This document shows positions 26,129-38,038 of a stretch of DNA of 64,000 bases, in pieces; within the stretch, counting starts at the first letter, position 1; the number at the start of each line of letters is the position of its first letter. The position numbers and the translations under genes are program-made. This DNA comes from Podarcis filfolensis. Lineage: Eukaryota. The notes under the pieces were generated by a model. That model was not told the origin of the DNA, made no database searches, and saw only the letters and a list, made by a program, of their open reading frames with translations. The DNA is taken from the NCBI GenBank assembly GCA_964270895.1, contig OZ185440.1. One strand, written 5' to 3'.

Positions 26129-26274
26129 CAAAGAGAAGATTCTTTATGAGGCAGATGCTCTGAAATGCCTAGAAAGGGAAGAAGAAAACAAAGAGTCCAG
26201 TAGCTCCAGCTCTGAGGAAGAAGAAGAAGCCGAGGAAGATGAAGCTTCAGAGTCTGATACTGAAAAAGAGGCAG
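26129..26274 (+). CDS. PPP1R12B: PPP1R12B exon 8 (146 nt), Ser/Glu acidic tract
   Basis: acttcAG|C...GCA G|GTAATA; KEKILYEADALKCLEREEENKESSSSSSEEEEEAEEDEASESDTEKEA. Confidence 0.96.
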
Positions 26275-26443
26275 GTAATATATAGAACTGAGTTTTGTTT
26301 TGGTTTCTTGCCTAGTTAAGTACTGATGGGCCAGGGAATTAATGGGAACATAATTTTCTCCCAGGTATCTTTAAAAACTTTATTCATTCTCTAAATATAA
26401 GAATCCATAAAGATAATGTGAGATTTAGAAATAAGGCATACAT

Positions 26444-26660
26444 ATAGAACAATAGAATTGTAGAGTTGGAAGGGACCCTCAGGGTCCCCTAGTCCAACCC
26501 CCTGCAATGCAGGAATCTCATCTGAAGCATCCATGACAGATGACCATCCAACCTCTGCTTAGAAACCTCCAAGAAAAAAGAGTCCGCCATCTCTTGTGGG
26601 AGTCTGTTCCGCAGTCGGACAACTCAGAAGGTTATTCCTGATGTTTAGTCAGATTTCACC
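26444..26660 (-). mobile_element. CR1 LINE 3' end
   Basis: Plus strand atagaattgtagagttggaagggacc...tagtccaaccccctgcaatgcagga is the reverse of the CR1 3'UTR with its ATTCTAT tail. Confidence 0.8.
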
Positions 26661-27296
26661 TTCCAGAGGAGATTGGGGGGGGGGGCTTGTGAGAAGCTGT
26701 AGTGGGGATGAGAGGAAGGTCCTGTTATGTGAGTAGAAGTGTACTGTAGTCAGTACTTGTTCCAGACATACAGATTCTTGAAGTCTAATGTTTATAAGCA
26801 AAAATAATAATGAATGGAAAGAAGTGCTTCTCCATAGCAATTAAAAAACGAATATCTGAAACATGAATTATTTGCAGATTTTGGATTTTCTGACTTGACT
26901 ATCATCTTCCAAAAAGTTTTTAACCATTTGTCTTAGGGGTTTTCCAGATTTATATTGCTACAGATGTCCAGCTGTTGCTCTTTATTTAGATGGGATGAAA
27001 ATATCTTAGCGCTGTTACTTCGCAATATTTATATATTGTAGCAGTATAATAGCCATTTAGGCGTGGTGTCTGGAATGGTTCTGAAAATGTTGTGTGGCTT
27101 GTCCTTTAAAACAAAGACCATTAGCAATATATCTAAGATGAATAAAGGGTCACCAAGTGGGTAGAGCTCAAGCATAGAATGTGAAGCTTTATTGCAAGAT
27201 TACATGTAGCAAATACACTTAAATGTTTGTATTATGCTGATATTCCGTTGTTGCTTCCGCAGGGTAACTGCAGATGAGTGTATGAGTGGGGTTATA

Positions 27297-27760
27297 CAGT
27301 GGTGCCTCGCAAGACGAAAAGAATCCGTTCCGCGAGTCTCTTCGTCTTGCGGTTTTTTCGTCTTGCGAAGCAAGCCCATTAGCGGATTAGCGCTATTAGC
27401 GGGCTTAGCGGATCAGCTGATAAGCGACTTAGCGGCTTAGCGGATCAGCTGATAAGCGGCTTAGTGGATCAGCTGTTAAGCGGCTTAGCGGATCAGCTGA
27501 TAAGCGGCTTAGCGATCAGCTGTTAAGCGGCTTAGCGATCAGCTGTTAAGCGGCTTAGCGGATCAGCTGATAAGCGGCTTAGCGGCTTGGGAAAAAGGGG
27601 GGGGGAAGGAAAAAAAACCCCGCAGGAACTCGCAAGACATTTTTGTCTTGCGAAGCAAGCCCATAGGAAATTCGTTTTGCGAAGCACCTCCAAAACGGAA
27701 AACCCTTTCGTCTAGCAGGTTTTCCGTCTTGCGAGGCATTCGTCTTGCGGGGCACCACTG
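27297..27760. mobile_element. Tc1/pogo-type MITE containing an internal minisatellite
   Basis: TA|CAGTGGTGCCTCGCAAGACGAA...TTCGTCTTGCGGGGCACCACTG|TA; CpG-rich. Confidence 0.9.
27401..27574. repeat. 23-24 bp tandem array, 7 units (CGGCTTAGCGGATCAGCTGATAAG)
   Basis: CAGCTG at 27414, 27446, 27470, 27494, 27517, 27540 and 27564. Confidence 0.92.
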
Positions 27761-28065
27761 TACAGCAGAAAAGTTACTAATGGTAGAAAAGCTGAAGTTC
27801 AGCTTTTTAGCTTTGTCTGACGATCAGCTTCTGCTTTAGCACCATAAATGAAGAGGGGAGTTAAATGAGGGGGAAAGCCATGTATACCACCTTGATCTCC
27901 TTGGAGAAAAAGTTGTGCTATAATTGCAATAAGTCAATAAAGAAAGGGTGTAGGAAACTGCTGTAGGACTAGGTAGTTACAAATGTAAAGAAGTACAAAG
28001 GGGGTTTTTTAGCTGTATCTTTGCCAAAGAGCCATAGTCTAGCACATCTCTTCCCATAAGTGATT

Positions 28066-28211
28066 NNNNNNNNNNNNNNNNNNNNNNNNNNNNNNNNNNN
28101 NNNNNNNNNNNNNNNNNNNNNNNNNNNNNNNNNNNNNNNNNNNNNNNNNNNNNNNNNNNNNNNNNNNNNNNNNNNNNNNNNNNNNNNNNNNNNNNNNNNN
28201 NNNNNNNNNNN
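28066..28211. other. Assembly gap (146 N)
   Basis: Run of N in intron 8. Confidence 0.99.
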
Positions 28212-29394
28212 ACAGAAACACTGCTTTTTTAAAAAATAGAAAACTCATATATATGGATCTACCCTGCATTTTTTTAGCTGTGGTCACCAACTGGAATATA
28301 TTGCTGTCTAAAAACTGAATGTGTTTCTCAGCATATATTGCTGTAGTACAGAAATAGACAAGTACTTGGCCAGTTCTTTATGCTATTAATAGCTCTCTCA
28401 GAAGCAGAAATTACTCATCAAAGCAGATACAGTAATGTAGTCTTATCTTGCTTAAAACAATTATTGTCCACTGTCATGGGCAGAAAGGAAAAAGGGAGTT
28501 CTGGGATGAAAAGTCTTTAAATGGCGGCTGGGGGGTGGAGAGAGACATGTTGCTGCTAAACATGTGTTTGGCCTGTTACTACAGCTGTTTGTGATTCTCT
28601 TTAGCTGCTTGGGTTTTGCTGCCACCAGTCACTTGAGGGGCTGCATAGACACCAAGTAAGGAGACACAGCTAGACAAAGTTGCCAAAGGGTAATTATTCT
28701 AGTTAGATAAATATTTGTTTCATTTGTGCCTTAAGCCTTGGAACGATCCAATTTTTCTTTCTACTCTTCAGTTAATATATTTCACACAGTAGTATATGAC
28801 TAGCCAGTAAACAAATGTGTTTGATTACTATCTGGAGGCCTAATCCAGATTCATTTTGGAAGCAAGAGTCTAATCCAAAATGGATCCAAGTGTTGGGTAA
28901 CCCCAGGTAAATCGCTATCAAATTATGTGCCCCCCCCGATTCATCAGTAACTCTCATAAGCAATTCAAAAGCATACTTTTAAAGTGAGCTCTTGATTTAA
29001 ACATAAGCAGAAGTATTGTTTGAAAAATCATTTGGAGAAAGAAGAGAGTTTTGTAGGGATGTGCTTAAAATTGGATTAACAGTTCTTACTAGTTCAATGA
29101 ATGAATTTATTAACTGCCATGGATAAGCTTTTTCAGCCATTTCTGAAAAGCTATTAAGAGAAAATATTGCTAGTCAGTAGATCTCATACAGATTTTTGCA
29201 TTTTAAGCTAAAGTGTCTTTTTTGCTCAGGTTGTGGGGAAATGGCTTTTGAGGTTTGTAGTTTTCTTTCTTGCTTAAACTAGTCATACAGATGAAAGGAA
29301 CCGTGACTTGAGTATCAGGGACACATCACCCTTTTAACTGTAGAATTATGGTATTCTATTTTGTCACTTGTTTTTTCTTGGTCTTTCATTATAG

Positions 29395-29507
29395 AGAGAA
29401 AGGAAGAGTCTATTGCTAATCATTCCAATCATGAACCCAGAACTCTAATCACAGAACAAGTGCCACCACCAGAGCATAACTCTTTCACTATGGCTCCTGC
29501 CAGAAAA
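29395..29507 (+). CDS. PPP1R12B: PPP1R12B exon 9 (113 nt)
   Basis: ttatAG|AG...AAA|GTAAGT; (E)RKEESIANHSNHEPRTLITEQVPPPEHNSFTMAPARK. Phase fits exons 8 and 10. Confidence 0.92.
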
Positions 29508-31734
29508 GTAAGTAGAGGTTAACTTCAGTTTTAAAAGTAACAACTTGCTTTGAATCCCAGCTTACAATACTGTGCAAACTTACTTACAAGTAAATTTTAT
29601 TAAATTCAGCATATTTCCACATAAGCATTTAGAGGATTGAGTGACATTGTACATTAATATTCAGCAGAATTTCTTAAATTTACTGACTGCATGGCTGTGA
29701 TGATACTGCCCAGTATCTATCTAGTGCGTAGACATTTCACCAGACATTTGAGAAGATCATCTTAAGTGTAGTTGGGTGTTGGGAAGAGGATTGTACTCAG
29801 TGCCACATCAGCAGCATTCTGCTTATGCAACAGGACTTCTTCCTTCACTCCTTTCCCCGTGTACTCCCAAATTCTGCTCAGAAGGGTCCCCCATCTTCCC
29901 AAGACAGCCACAAAGCTGAGGAGAGGGAAGTTCTATTGTGCAAGTGGAGCATCAACATTGGTTGGAACCTACAGTGTTGGATTTGGACCAGAGCGACCTG
30001 TCTGAAATCCCCACTCAGTCAACCTTATCCACTTCACCGTGTTGTTAGGATAAAATTAAGTAACCATATTTATGTCATCCTGACAGAATGCAAATGAGGT
30101 TGATTTAATCAAGATAGATTTAGGAGGGCTGCATTAATTGTTCGTAAAACATTCAGAAGCAATAGTATTCCGCCATTTTTACTTAAAAGGGTATGTGCCC
30201 CAAATTGATTTGAGAACCATATCTCTCTTTTGCAGCGAACCTGCAGAATTGTACATTTTTAGGCTGAGGAAATTGGTTTTAGCATACTGAAAACAAAGGC
30301 CTCTTCTTCATTGTTTATTCCTAGATGTATATCCCCCTTTCCACCACCCGGCTTGTTTTCATTCTGAAAAATGAGCTGCACACTTCAGTTAATTTTATGT
30401 TGGACATTGCAATAATATATTGTTTAATGCTTCATAAGAATCCTGGATTTCTACCTGTTTAGAAATCGAAGAGGGGTTCTTCCTGGTTTTTGTTTATTCT
30501 TGTGTTCTGTTCAACTGGAAATGCTGTCATCAAGCATTGTGCAATAAAGTTTTTTTTACATGTAAGGGAGTTAACAATCTTCTGCATTTTCTTAAGAGCT
30601 ATGTGGTTGTCATAGCAGCAGAAATCCCAGGTTATGTAATCTTTTCCAGATTTGAGAGCACCCTGTGTGCTAAGATATTATATAACTGAAAGGGCACATT
30701 AAAATATTTAGTACTAGGCTTTTTTCTCCCCAAGTGAAACTCAAAATATTGAAATATTGCTGGGGGGGGGGTTAACCCCTTTCTGTCTTAAATTGCTGAT
30801 TGATGATAAATAAAGCTAACATAGATATGCTCATTTAAAAAGTATGGTAATTAATTTGAATCTGTGCTGTTGAACCACTAGGATGAATGATAGAAGCAGA
30901 ACTATCAGTAGTCTCATGCTTCAGCTGGGACAGCCCACTCCATCTTTGGAAAACACTAATGGTTCTGTTGGGAGAAGATTAAGATAGGCCATTTATCCAT
31001 ATACTGGTCATTTGGAAGTACTGCCTGCGGAGGAGCCTGGGGTTTCTTTTCTTACACTTGTATTCTGTCCTTGCTGCAAGGACTCAGAATAGCATTCATG
31101 GACTTTCTTGACTAGCATCAGGCAATGTCATGCTGTTCAGCTTTACTCTTCTTCTTAGCTTAGATGTTAGGATGGGGCTGGAAATGTTTACAATAGCCTT
31201 GGTAGAGTCTAGTGGATCGAAATGGTCCCTCTGCAGTGCAAAGCATATGTATGAACAAATGTCATTTGGCCTTTAAGCATTTGCTAATATCCAACAAGCG
31301 GCTCCTCTGAGCTATGAATCATGCAAGATAAGCTTCTCACATGTGAGTTTCCACCAGAAAAAATAAAGAGTTATATCATTTTGAATAATAAAGACACTTG
31401 AGTAGTTAGATAATTCCCCACCACCACCGAGTGACAAGTTTATTCAGGGTGGTCTGAAAAACAGGCACAAAAGAGGTGTAAAAGATGCAAGCTTATGCTT
31501 CACTATAGTCTCTAAAAACTGGCATCTTACCAGTTTGCTGAGCTTTAGGATTCAGAAATTAATGCTAGGTTAGTTGTTTTTCACAGATGGATGATGTGTA
31601 TGCCTGGCACTTCAAATACTGCACTACTGGTAAAATTGTATTAATTGGTTTAATGTGTATTTCATGTTCTATAGCTGAAATGATTTTAAACTGGAAGTTA
31701 ATTATTGGAATAGTAAACTAATCTGGAAGCTTTA

Positions 31735-31866
31735 AAAGGTAAAGGTAAAGGTACCCCTGACCATTAGGTCCAGTCACGGACAACTGAGGTTGTGGTGCTC
31801 ATCTCGCTCTATAGGCCAAGGAAGCCAGCGTTTGTCCGGCTAGGTGGGCAGGAGCTGGAACCGAGC
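31735..31866 (-). mobile_element. Truncated Sauria-type SINE, antisense, ending about 56 nt before the exon 10 acceptor
   Basis: (GGTAAA)n tail followed by cccctgaccattaggtccagtc, the reverse of the 3' end of the 61349 copy. Confidence 0.8.
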
Positions 31867-31922
31867 TTAGTTTTTCCTAAATATCCTCCACTCTTCCTTA
31901 TTGTCCTCTTTCTCTGTTGCAG

Positions 31923-32123
31923 TTTACTCCATTGCTCAACAAGTCTGAGGAACAAAAGGATGAATCTCCTTCATCATGGAGGCTAAGTCTACGGAAAACC
32001 AGCAGCCAAAACACACTTAGTGAAGGAAGTGTTCCTCGTGACATGCCAAGAGAGAAGGATGGTTCCATATATCGTTCTTCTTCGACCCCTCGGATTTCTG
32101 CATTATTAGACAACAAAGAGAAG
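31923..32123 (+). CDS. PPP1R12B: PPP1R12B exon 10 (201 nt)
   Basis: ttgcAG|TTT...AAG|GTGCTG; FTPLLNKSEEQKDESPSSWRLSLRKTSSQNTLSEGSVPRDMPREKDGSIYRSSSTPRISALLDNKEK. Confidence 0.96.
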
Positions 32124-32640
32124 GTGCTGAATAATCTGGCTTTCCTCACTTTGAAATGCAAGTTTTGTAATCTTATAAAGTGTTAGTTAAAGGCCTTTCC
32201 ATATAACTATTTTTAAAGCAAACCTTTTTCTTAGGGATGTACTCATTAGCCCCAAGGCAATGGCAGTAGTACTATATCTTTACATTAGAACAGGAACATA
32301 GCAAGAGCTGAGCTGGCTCAGACTGGGGTTTGTTTTGGGTATTGGCAGTTTGGTTTCAACAGCGGCCAACCAAATGCTTCTGGGTTGCCTGCAACCATGC
32401 CGTGAAGGAAACAGTCTTTGCTGTGGTTAGTTTCCCAGACAACTGGAATTTAGAGGTACATTACCCCTGAACCTGGGAGTTACATTTAGCTACCTTGACT
32501 TGATGGTAGCAATGCAAGGGTGCTAGCAAAGTTGTGCCACTAGTTATCAGATGTACGGGGACTATCCGGTACCTGGGACACTCATGCAATTTCCATGCTG
32601 CAATCACAGTAGGCATACTGGAGAGGAGGGAACAAGAATA

Positions 32641-33363
32641 CAGTGGTACCTCAGTTTACAAACTTAATCCATTCCAGACGTCCGTTCTTAAACCAAAGCG
32701 TTCTTAAACCAAGGTGTGCTTTCCCATAGAAAGTAATGGGAAATGGATTAATCCATTCCAGATGATGAAAAACAACCCCTAAAACAGGAATTTAACATGA
32801 ATTTTACTATCTAACAAGACCATTGATCCATAAAATGAAGGCAAGAATCAATGTACTGTACTATAAAATAAATAAGACAGTATTGTAGATGATAAAAATT
32901 AAAATTAATTTTCTTTCTTACGTGCACTGATGATAGTCATTGTTTGGATGGGGGGCTTTTATCCATTTCTGCAGTCACACTGGGTTCCACACAAAACAAG
33001 TCATAAAAACGAAGTAACAAGCCTGAGTCACAAGTCAGTCCCATAAAAAGGAAGACCAAGTCACAGTCAAAAAAATGAAAAAGCCACACAAACAAACATG
33101 CAAAAAAATAGCAAAAACAAAAGCTCCAGATATTACCTCTGTGTTGTGTGGGTCCTCGGGACTCAACAGCCAACAGACTCAACAGGAAGCCTCTGATTAG
33201 CAGCGGGGGACTCAATTTACAAATGGAACACACTCAACAGGAAGCAGAACATGTTCAGCTTCCAAGGCAAAGTTCACATACCATAACACCTACTTCCGGG
33301 TTTGCAGCGTTCTTATTCCAAGTTGTTCATAAACTAAGCTGTTCTTAAACCAAGGTACCACTG
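32641..33363 (-). mobile_element. 723-bp non-autonomous Tigger/pogo-like DNA transposon
   Basis: TA|CAGTGGTACCTCAGTTTACAAAC...CAAGGTACCACTG|TA. A minus frame ends ...EMDKSPPSKQ*, reminiscent of a transposase C-terminus, so orientation is tentative. Confidence 0.85.
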
Positions 33364-33569
33364 TATTGTAATACGTGTAGTAGGAAAGTAAGATCATTTT
33401 TGGACCACTGCTGTCACCTTCATTGATCTGGCCAATTACATTTGTACTGGAGCAAGGAGAACAAAAATCCTGACAGAAGCATTGTGATGATGGTGGAATT
33501 GTATATCGGTGTCTCTTTCCTCTAGATTTGTAAACAAAATAAATGATAACCATAGTGGACTATGTTAAA

Positions 33570-33720
33570 TTTGATTGATTGATTAATTGATTGATTGCAT
33601 TTGCACCCCACACTTCAGCCAAAAAGGGTCCCAGAGTGACTTCCATAAAATCAAAACAAGAAACTCCCTACCCGCAGGCTTACAATCTAAAAACGACAAC
33701 AACTTAGCACACAAGGAGGG
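33570..33720 (-). mobile_element. L2-like 3' tail fragment
   Basis: (ATTG)n tail and ccctacccgcaggcttacaatcta motif. Confidence 0.5.
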
Positions 33721-33989
33721 AAGAGGAAAATCTGAATCAAAACTCAAGCCCCAATTTCTCACCAGTTTTTCCTATATTGACTAGCTGGCACAGTTCAGAG
33801 GCTGGATGTGCCTGATGGAGCTGGGCCTCCAGCAAATCTCTGCTTCCTCCCTTTCCCGTTGAGGCAGTCTGATGGAATTTAGAATTAAACATTTAAACAG
33901 CGTATTTTGATTCACAAAGTGTTTGACAGCTCTAGAATTTTTGACTGAAAAATTCAACATAATTACGGAATTTATTTTTATTTCAACAG

Positions 33990-34072
33990 GACAAGGACAA
34001 CAAAATCTATTTTGCTTCAATAGCCCCTCGAAGGTTAAACAGTGCAGGTGACATAGAAGAAAAGGAAAACCG
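33990..34072 (+). CDS. PPP1R12B: PPP1R12B exon 11 (83 nt)
   Basis: tcaacAG|GAC...CG|GTAAGT; DKDNKIYFASIAPRRLNSAGDIEEKEN(R). Confidence 0.96.
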
Positions 34073-34400
34073 GTAAGTCTCTTTGAATTTGGGGCTCAAC
34101 TCTTAAAGATGCGAATATTTATAAGCTGAATCTCTGGAAGATTCTTTTTCTCCCTCCCTCATTCTGCATCACATACACAAGTTTCACATCATCATTCCAC
34201 TTACATTTGAAACAAAGAAGAGTCGTGATTTGGCCGTCTCCGAAAAGAACTTCTAATATATTTAAGCTAAGTAAAAAACAATCTAGCAATATACAGTCCT
34301 GTTACTTATAAGGCTTTCCTTTTTCCATGTTCCTCTATTTATCTCTCCCTTTTCAATTACCAGATAAAGTGAATGTACCTGGTATTTCCTTTGTATAACT

Positions 34401-34632
34401 GGGCTGAATCCAACTAAATCATTGCATGCTCAGAAAGAATGCCATGAGTGCGATGGAACTGCTTCTCCCACTTCTCCCCACAGTGTCCCTCTGCAAATCT
34501 CTGTGTCCCGCCCCCCCCCAATTCTCTGGAGTATATTTGGGGACAGTGCAAGGGGCACACGGAAGGAAGAGAAGTTTCTTTGTGCTTGCAGAAATAGTTC
34601 TGCACACACAGTGATTTACTTGGATAAAACCC
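34401..34632. mobile_element. Harbinger-like MITE
   Basis: ~24-bp imperfect TIR GGGCTGAATCCAACTAAATCATTG / CAGTGATTTACTTGGATAAAACCC; 3-bp flanking duplication ACT. Confidence 0.65.
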
Positions 34633-35574
34633 ACTGTTCTTTCTCCTTTCATATGTTTCTTCTCTCTCAATCACTCTGATTAAATCTGGGAAAAACAAAG
34701 TCTTATAATTAGAGTTCCCCTTTTGGACTTTCTGTGTAAAAAGCAAATGAATTAATCTATTTGGGTCAGAATATTGGGAAAATACCTCTCATTTTGAATA
34801 ATTTCTTTATGTAACTGACGGATGGAAAATTGGAAGTCCCTTTTATTTTTCTTCTCTTTTTTGTTCCCCCTTTTCTGTTTTTTGTTCTTATTCAGGTTAG
34901 TTTCTTTGATCTTACTGTGTTATGAAAAAACTTTAATAAACTCTTTTTTTAATTTATTTTTTAAAAAGGGAATGACCAAGTCTTTTCTGCAGGGAAAGTT
35001 GGATAACAACAAAAAAATATAACATGGAGAATAAGAATTGGTTTTCAATAGCTGACATGCTTAATATCATATACTATCATGTTCTTACATCAACGGTTTT
35101 TAAATCTATTTATCCTTTGTGTATGTGATCTATTACAAATAGTCCTGTTCTTCACATTTGGCTGTATATCCCCTATTACTGTAACATTTCTTATTCATAA
35201 TTAATTCTTAGATTCGGTAGGCATTTTATTATTTAGCTGGAGCACATAATTCTAGTTTGTGAGCATGATATTTGCTTTATATTTTTATAGTGATATGACA
35301 ATATATTCTGCCATAGGAAAGGTATACTGATCTTTACTTTTGGCCATGCTATCTTTTAGTGGTAGTTTGTTGATAATCTCAGCATTGCATATGTACTTAG
35401 TACCCTCAAAATAGTTCAGAATGTAGAGCTATATTACAATTTGAACCATCTATTCACTATAGACTGGCATGTTTCTTAACACCCAGTTTGACTAGCAATA
35501 GGCTGTGGGTTGGCTTGAGGGTTTATCAGTATAGATTTCAGTTTAAGATCCCCCCACTCCTATTGCATTTGCAG

Positions 35575-35700
35575 AGAATCTGCTGTAAATTTGGTACGGA
35601 GTGGTTCTTATACCCGGCAACAGTGGAGGGATGAACCAAAGGGAAATGAAGCACCTGCAACTGGTGCACCTTCCACTTATGTATCTACTTATATGAAAAG
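35575..35700 (+). CDS. PPP1R12B: PPP1R12B exon 12 (126 nt)
   Basis: ttgcAG|A...AG|GTGAGT; ESAVNLVRSGSYTRQQWRDEPKGNEAPATGAPSTYVSTYMK. Confidence 0.96.
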
Positions 35701-36439
35701 GTGAGTCATGTTAAAACCTCTGCTTTTAAGATGTTGCATTTTGCTTTTCATCTAACATTTACATCTACAAAAATCTGAGAGATATTATGATTACCATGAA
35801 AACCAGTGACAACAGAAGCCTAAATGATTTGCCAATTGCATCAGTCTTATTTCTCTTGTACGTGTGCTGAAAGATGCAGGTTTCATATGCCTGTGTACTC
35901 ACTGCTTTTCCTATATGGCAAAATCATATCTATTAGGAAAAGTGTCTTATGTGAAGTAGCAGAAAGTGTCACTTTCTCTAGAGACTTAGTAGAGGTTGGA
36001 TACATTTGTGGAAACTACAATAAGGCAAGCTTTACATTTTCCCTTGTAGAGCATCCTGTGTAATGTCAAAATTACTCCTTACGGGCACCTTGTGTCCATA
36101 ATAATTGCTCGGATCAATTGAAACAATGCACAAACACCTTCCTTTCAAATACAAACAAACATTTATTTGTTTCAAATAATACCAATGTTCTTAAAAAATG
36201 TGAATAAATAAAAGCAAAAAGTTACTGAGCACATGAATGTGAGTCTGTTATGAACCAACAACCCAACTGATTTGGAGTATAGGCATAGAAAATAACAGTT
36301 CAAATCAGGAACGGAAATAAGAAATGATACCTCTATTTTCTGGAGACATTTCTATCTTATGCTAGTCTTCGTTTGACAAAATGTGTGGTAGCTGCTCCTA
36401 GGGTTTGATAAGACAGTTTAGGTTTGTATAAGAATAGCC

Positions 36440-37010
36440 TTGCCATGATCAGGGCATTTGGTCTCCCAGTTGCCAACCAGAGAGAGGCCTGTGGGCATCC
36501 CACAAGCAGGACATTAGCCCTTACTATACTTGGTGCTTCTTAGCAACTAGTATTCAGAGGCATATTATTGATCCTGGAATAGTATGCACCCATCATGGCT
36601 AGTAGCCATTGGCAGCTTTATCCTCCTGTGAATTTGCCTAACCCCGCTTTGAAGTTGTGCAAGTTGGTGGCCATCATTGCATCCTTTGGCAGCGAATTCC
36701 ACAGTCTGTTCTGGATCTTACAACGTTCAGTTTCTTTGGATGATCCTGGGATTTTCCCCCAAACCAACCAACCACAAATGTTATGATCTTTCCTCTTAGG
36801 GACATTGTTCTAGTCCCATTATCATTTTGGTTGCACTTCTCTGCACCTTTTTCAGCTCTACAGAACCCTTTTTGAAGTCTGGTATCCAGAACTCAAAACA
36901 GTATTCCAAGTGTGGTTGCACCATAGACTTGTATAGCAGCATTATAACAGCATTATGCCTGTTTTATTTTTGAAGGCCTTTCCTAGCAATCCCTAACACA
37001 GAACATAATG
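36440..37010 (-). mobile_element. Old CR1 LINE fragment
   Basis: Antisense CR1-type segments (tagtagccattggcagc, gaattccacagt, cagtattccaagtgtggttgcaccatag). Confidence 0.65.
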
Positions 37011-37638
37011 TATCAATTCCTTAGCGTCTGAGCCTGAGTAGTGAATGTTGCCACTATGAATGTTTTAAACTTATCTGTGTTGGGTTCAGTGAGCTTGATT
37101 GTATGCGTTGTGTTGCACTGTGATAGACTTTAAGGCCCAAAATCATTCCGGGAATGTATTCGTGCTTAAATGACATGAGGCGTTTCAGTTTTAACTGAAG
37201 TTACTGATCCTTTTACCTGTGCCTGAACACTTTCATGTTGGCTATTTCATCCTTCCTCAAGCTGTACTTCAGCCATCTCTTTCTTTACTTGGATATTTCT
37301 GAGCTTTCCTTTCCACTCTGCTCTTTTTCATTTTGTTATTTTATCCAACAGAATAATTTGACATGTATACAGTACGTTCAACTGAATTTTTCCATTTTCC
37401 TGTTCTTCTCTTTTTTTCCTGTTTTCAACCTATTACTTTATCTCTCATGTTTCTTCAGTCTTGATACAATGCCTTGCTCATTTGACTTCTCCTTAGCCTA
37501 GGGAATTACGTATAATCTCCCTTGCCTTAATTTTGCTGATAGATAAACATTCCCTTGGCAATTAACCAGGGTCCTGTGCTGGTCTGCAACAATATTTTCA
37601 ATCTTCTCTGAAGCAAGTGATTTTCTGCTGTCTTACAG

Positions 37639-37821
37639 TGCTTCATTTGGTAGAAGTAGTGACCTCAGCAGTCCCTATATTTCAGCCAATCGCAATGCAT
37701 CTTCTGCTACCTCACCCACTATTATTGGTTCATCTACCTCATTGGGCACAGAGTGGCAACTTGCCTCTTGCCCTTCATCTGTCAATTCTAGCACTACAGC
37801 ATCAGTACGCCAGTTTAACAG
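37639..37821 (+). CDS. PPP1R12B: PPP1R12B exon 13: Ser/Thr-rich symmetric cassette exon (183 nt, 61 codons)
   Basis: cttacAG|T...AG|GTAAGG, phase 2-2, open frame ASFGRSSDLSSPYISANRNASSATSPTIIGSSTSLGTEWQLASCPSSVNSSTTASVRQFN. It resembles the optional central insert of mammalian MYPT2 as I recall it (ASFGRSSDPTSPYISANRNSS...). The ORF track shows only another frame here. Confidence 0.9.
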
Positions 37822-37902
37822 GTAAGGGCTCATAGTATGTCCACTGAAGAGGTTTTATCAAAGTGCCCATAATTTTTGTGTCAAAGCAGTGATGCTTTAT
37901 GG

Positions 37903-38038
37903 CAGGCATAGGCAAACTCGGCCATCCAGATGTTTTGGGACTATAACCCCCATCATCCCTAGCTAACAGGACCAGTGGTCAGAGATGATGGGAATTGTAG
38001 TCTCAAAACATCTGGAGGGCCAAGTTTGCCTATGCCTG
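37903..38038. mobile_element. 136-bp hAT hairpin MITE, core in opposite orientation to 20749
   Basis: CAGGCATAGGCAAAC / GTTTGCCTATGCCTG; perfect TSD CTTTATGG. Confidence 0.93.

Noticed and set aside
27401-27574. CRISPR-like array
   Set aside because: Units are contiguous without unique spacers, lie inside a eukaryotic MITE, and there are no cas genes.
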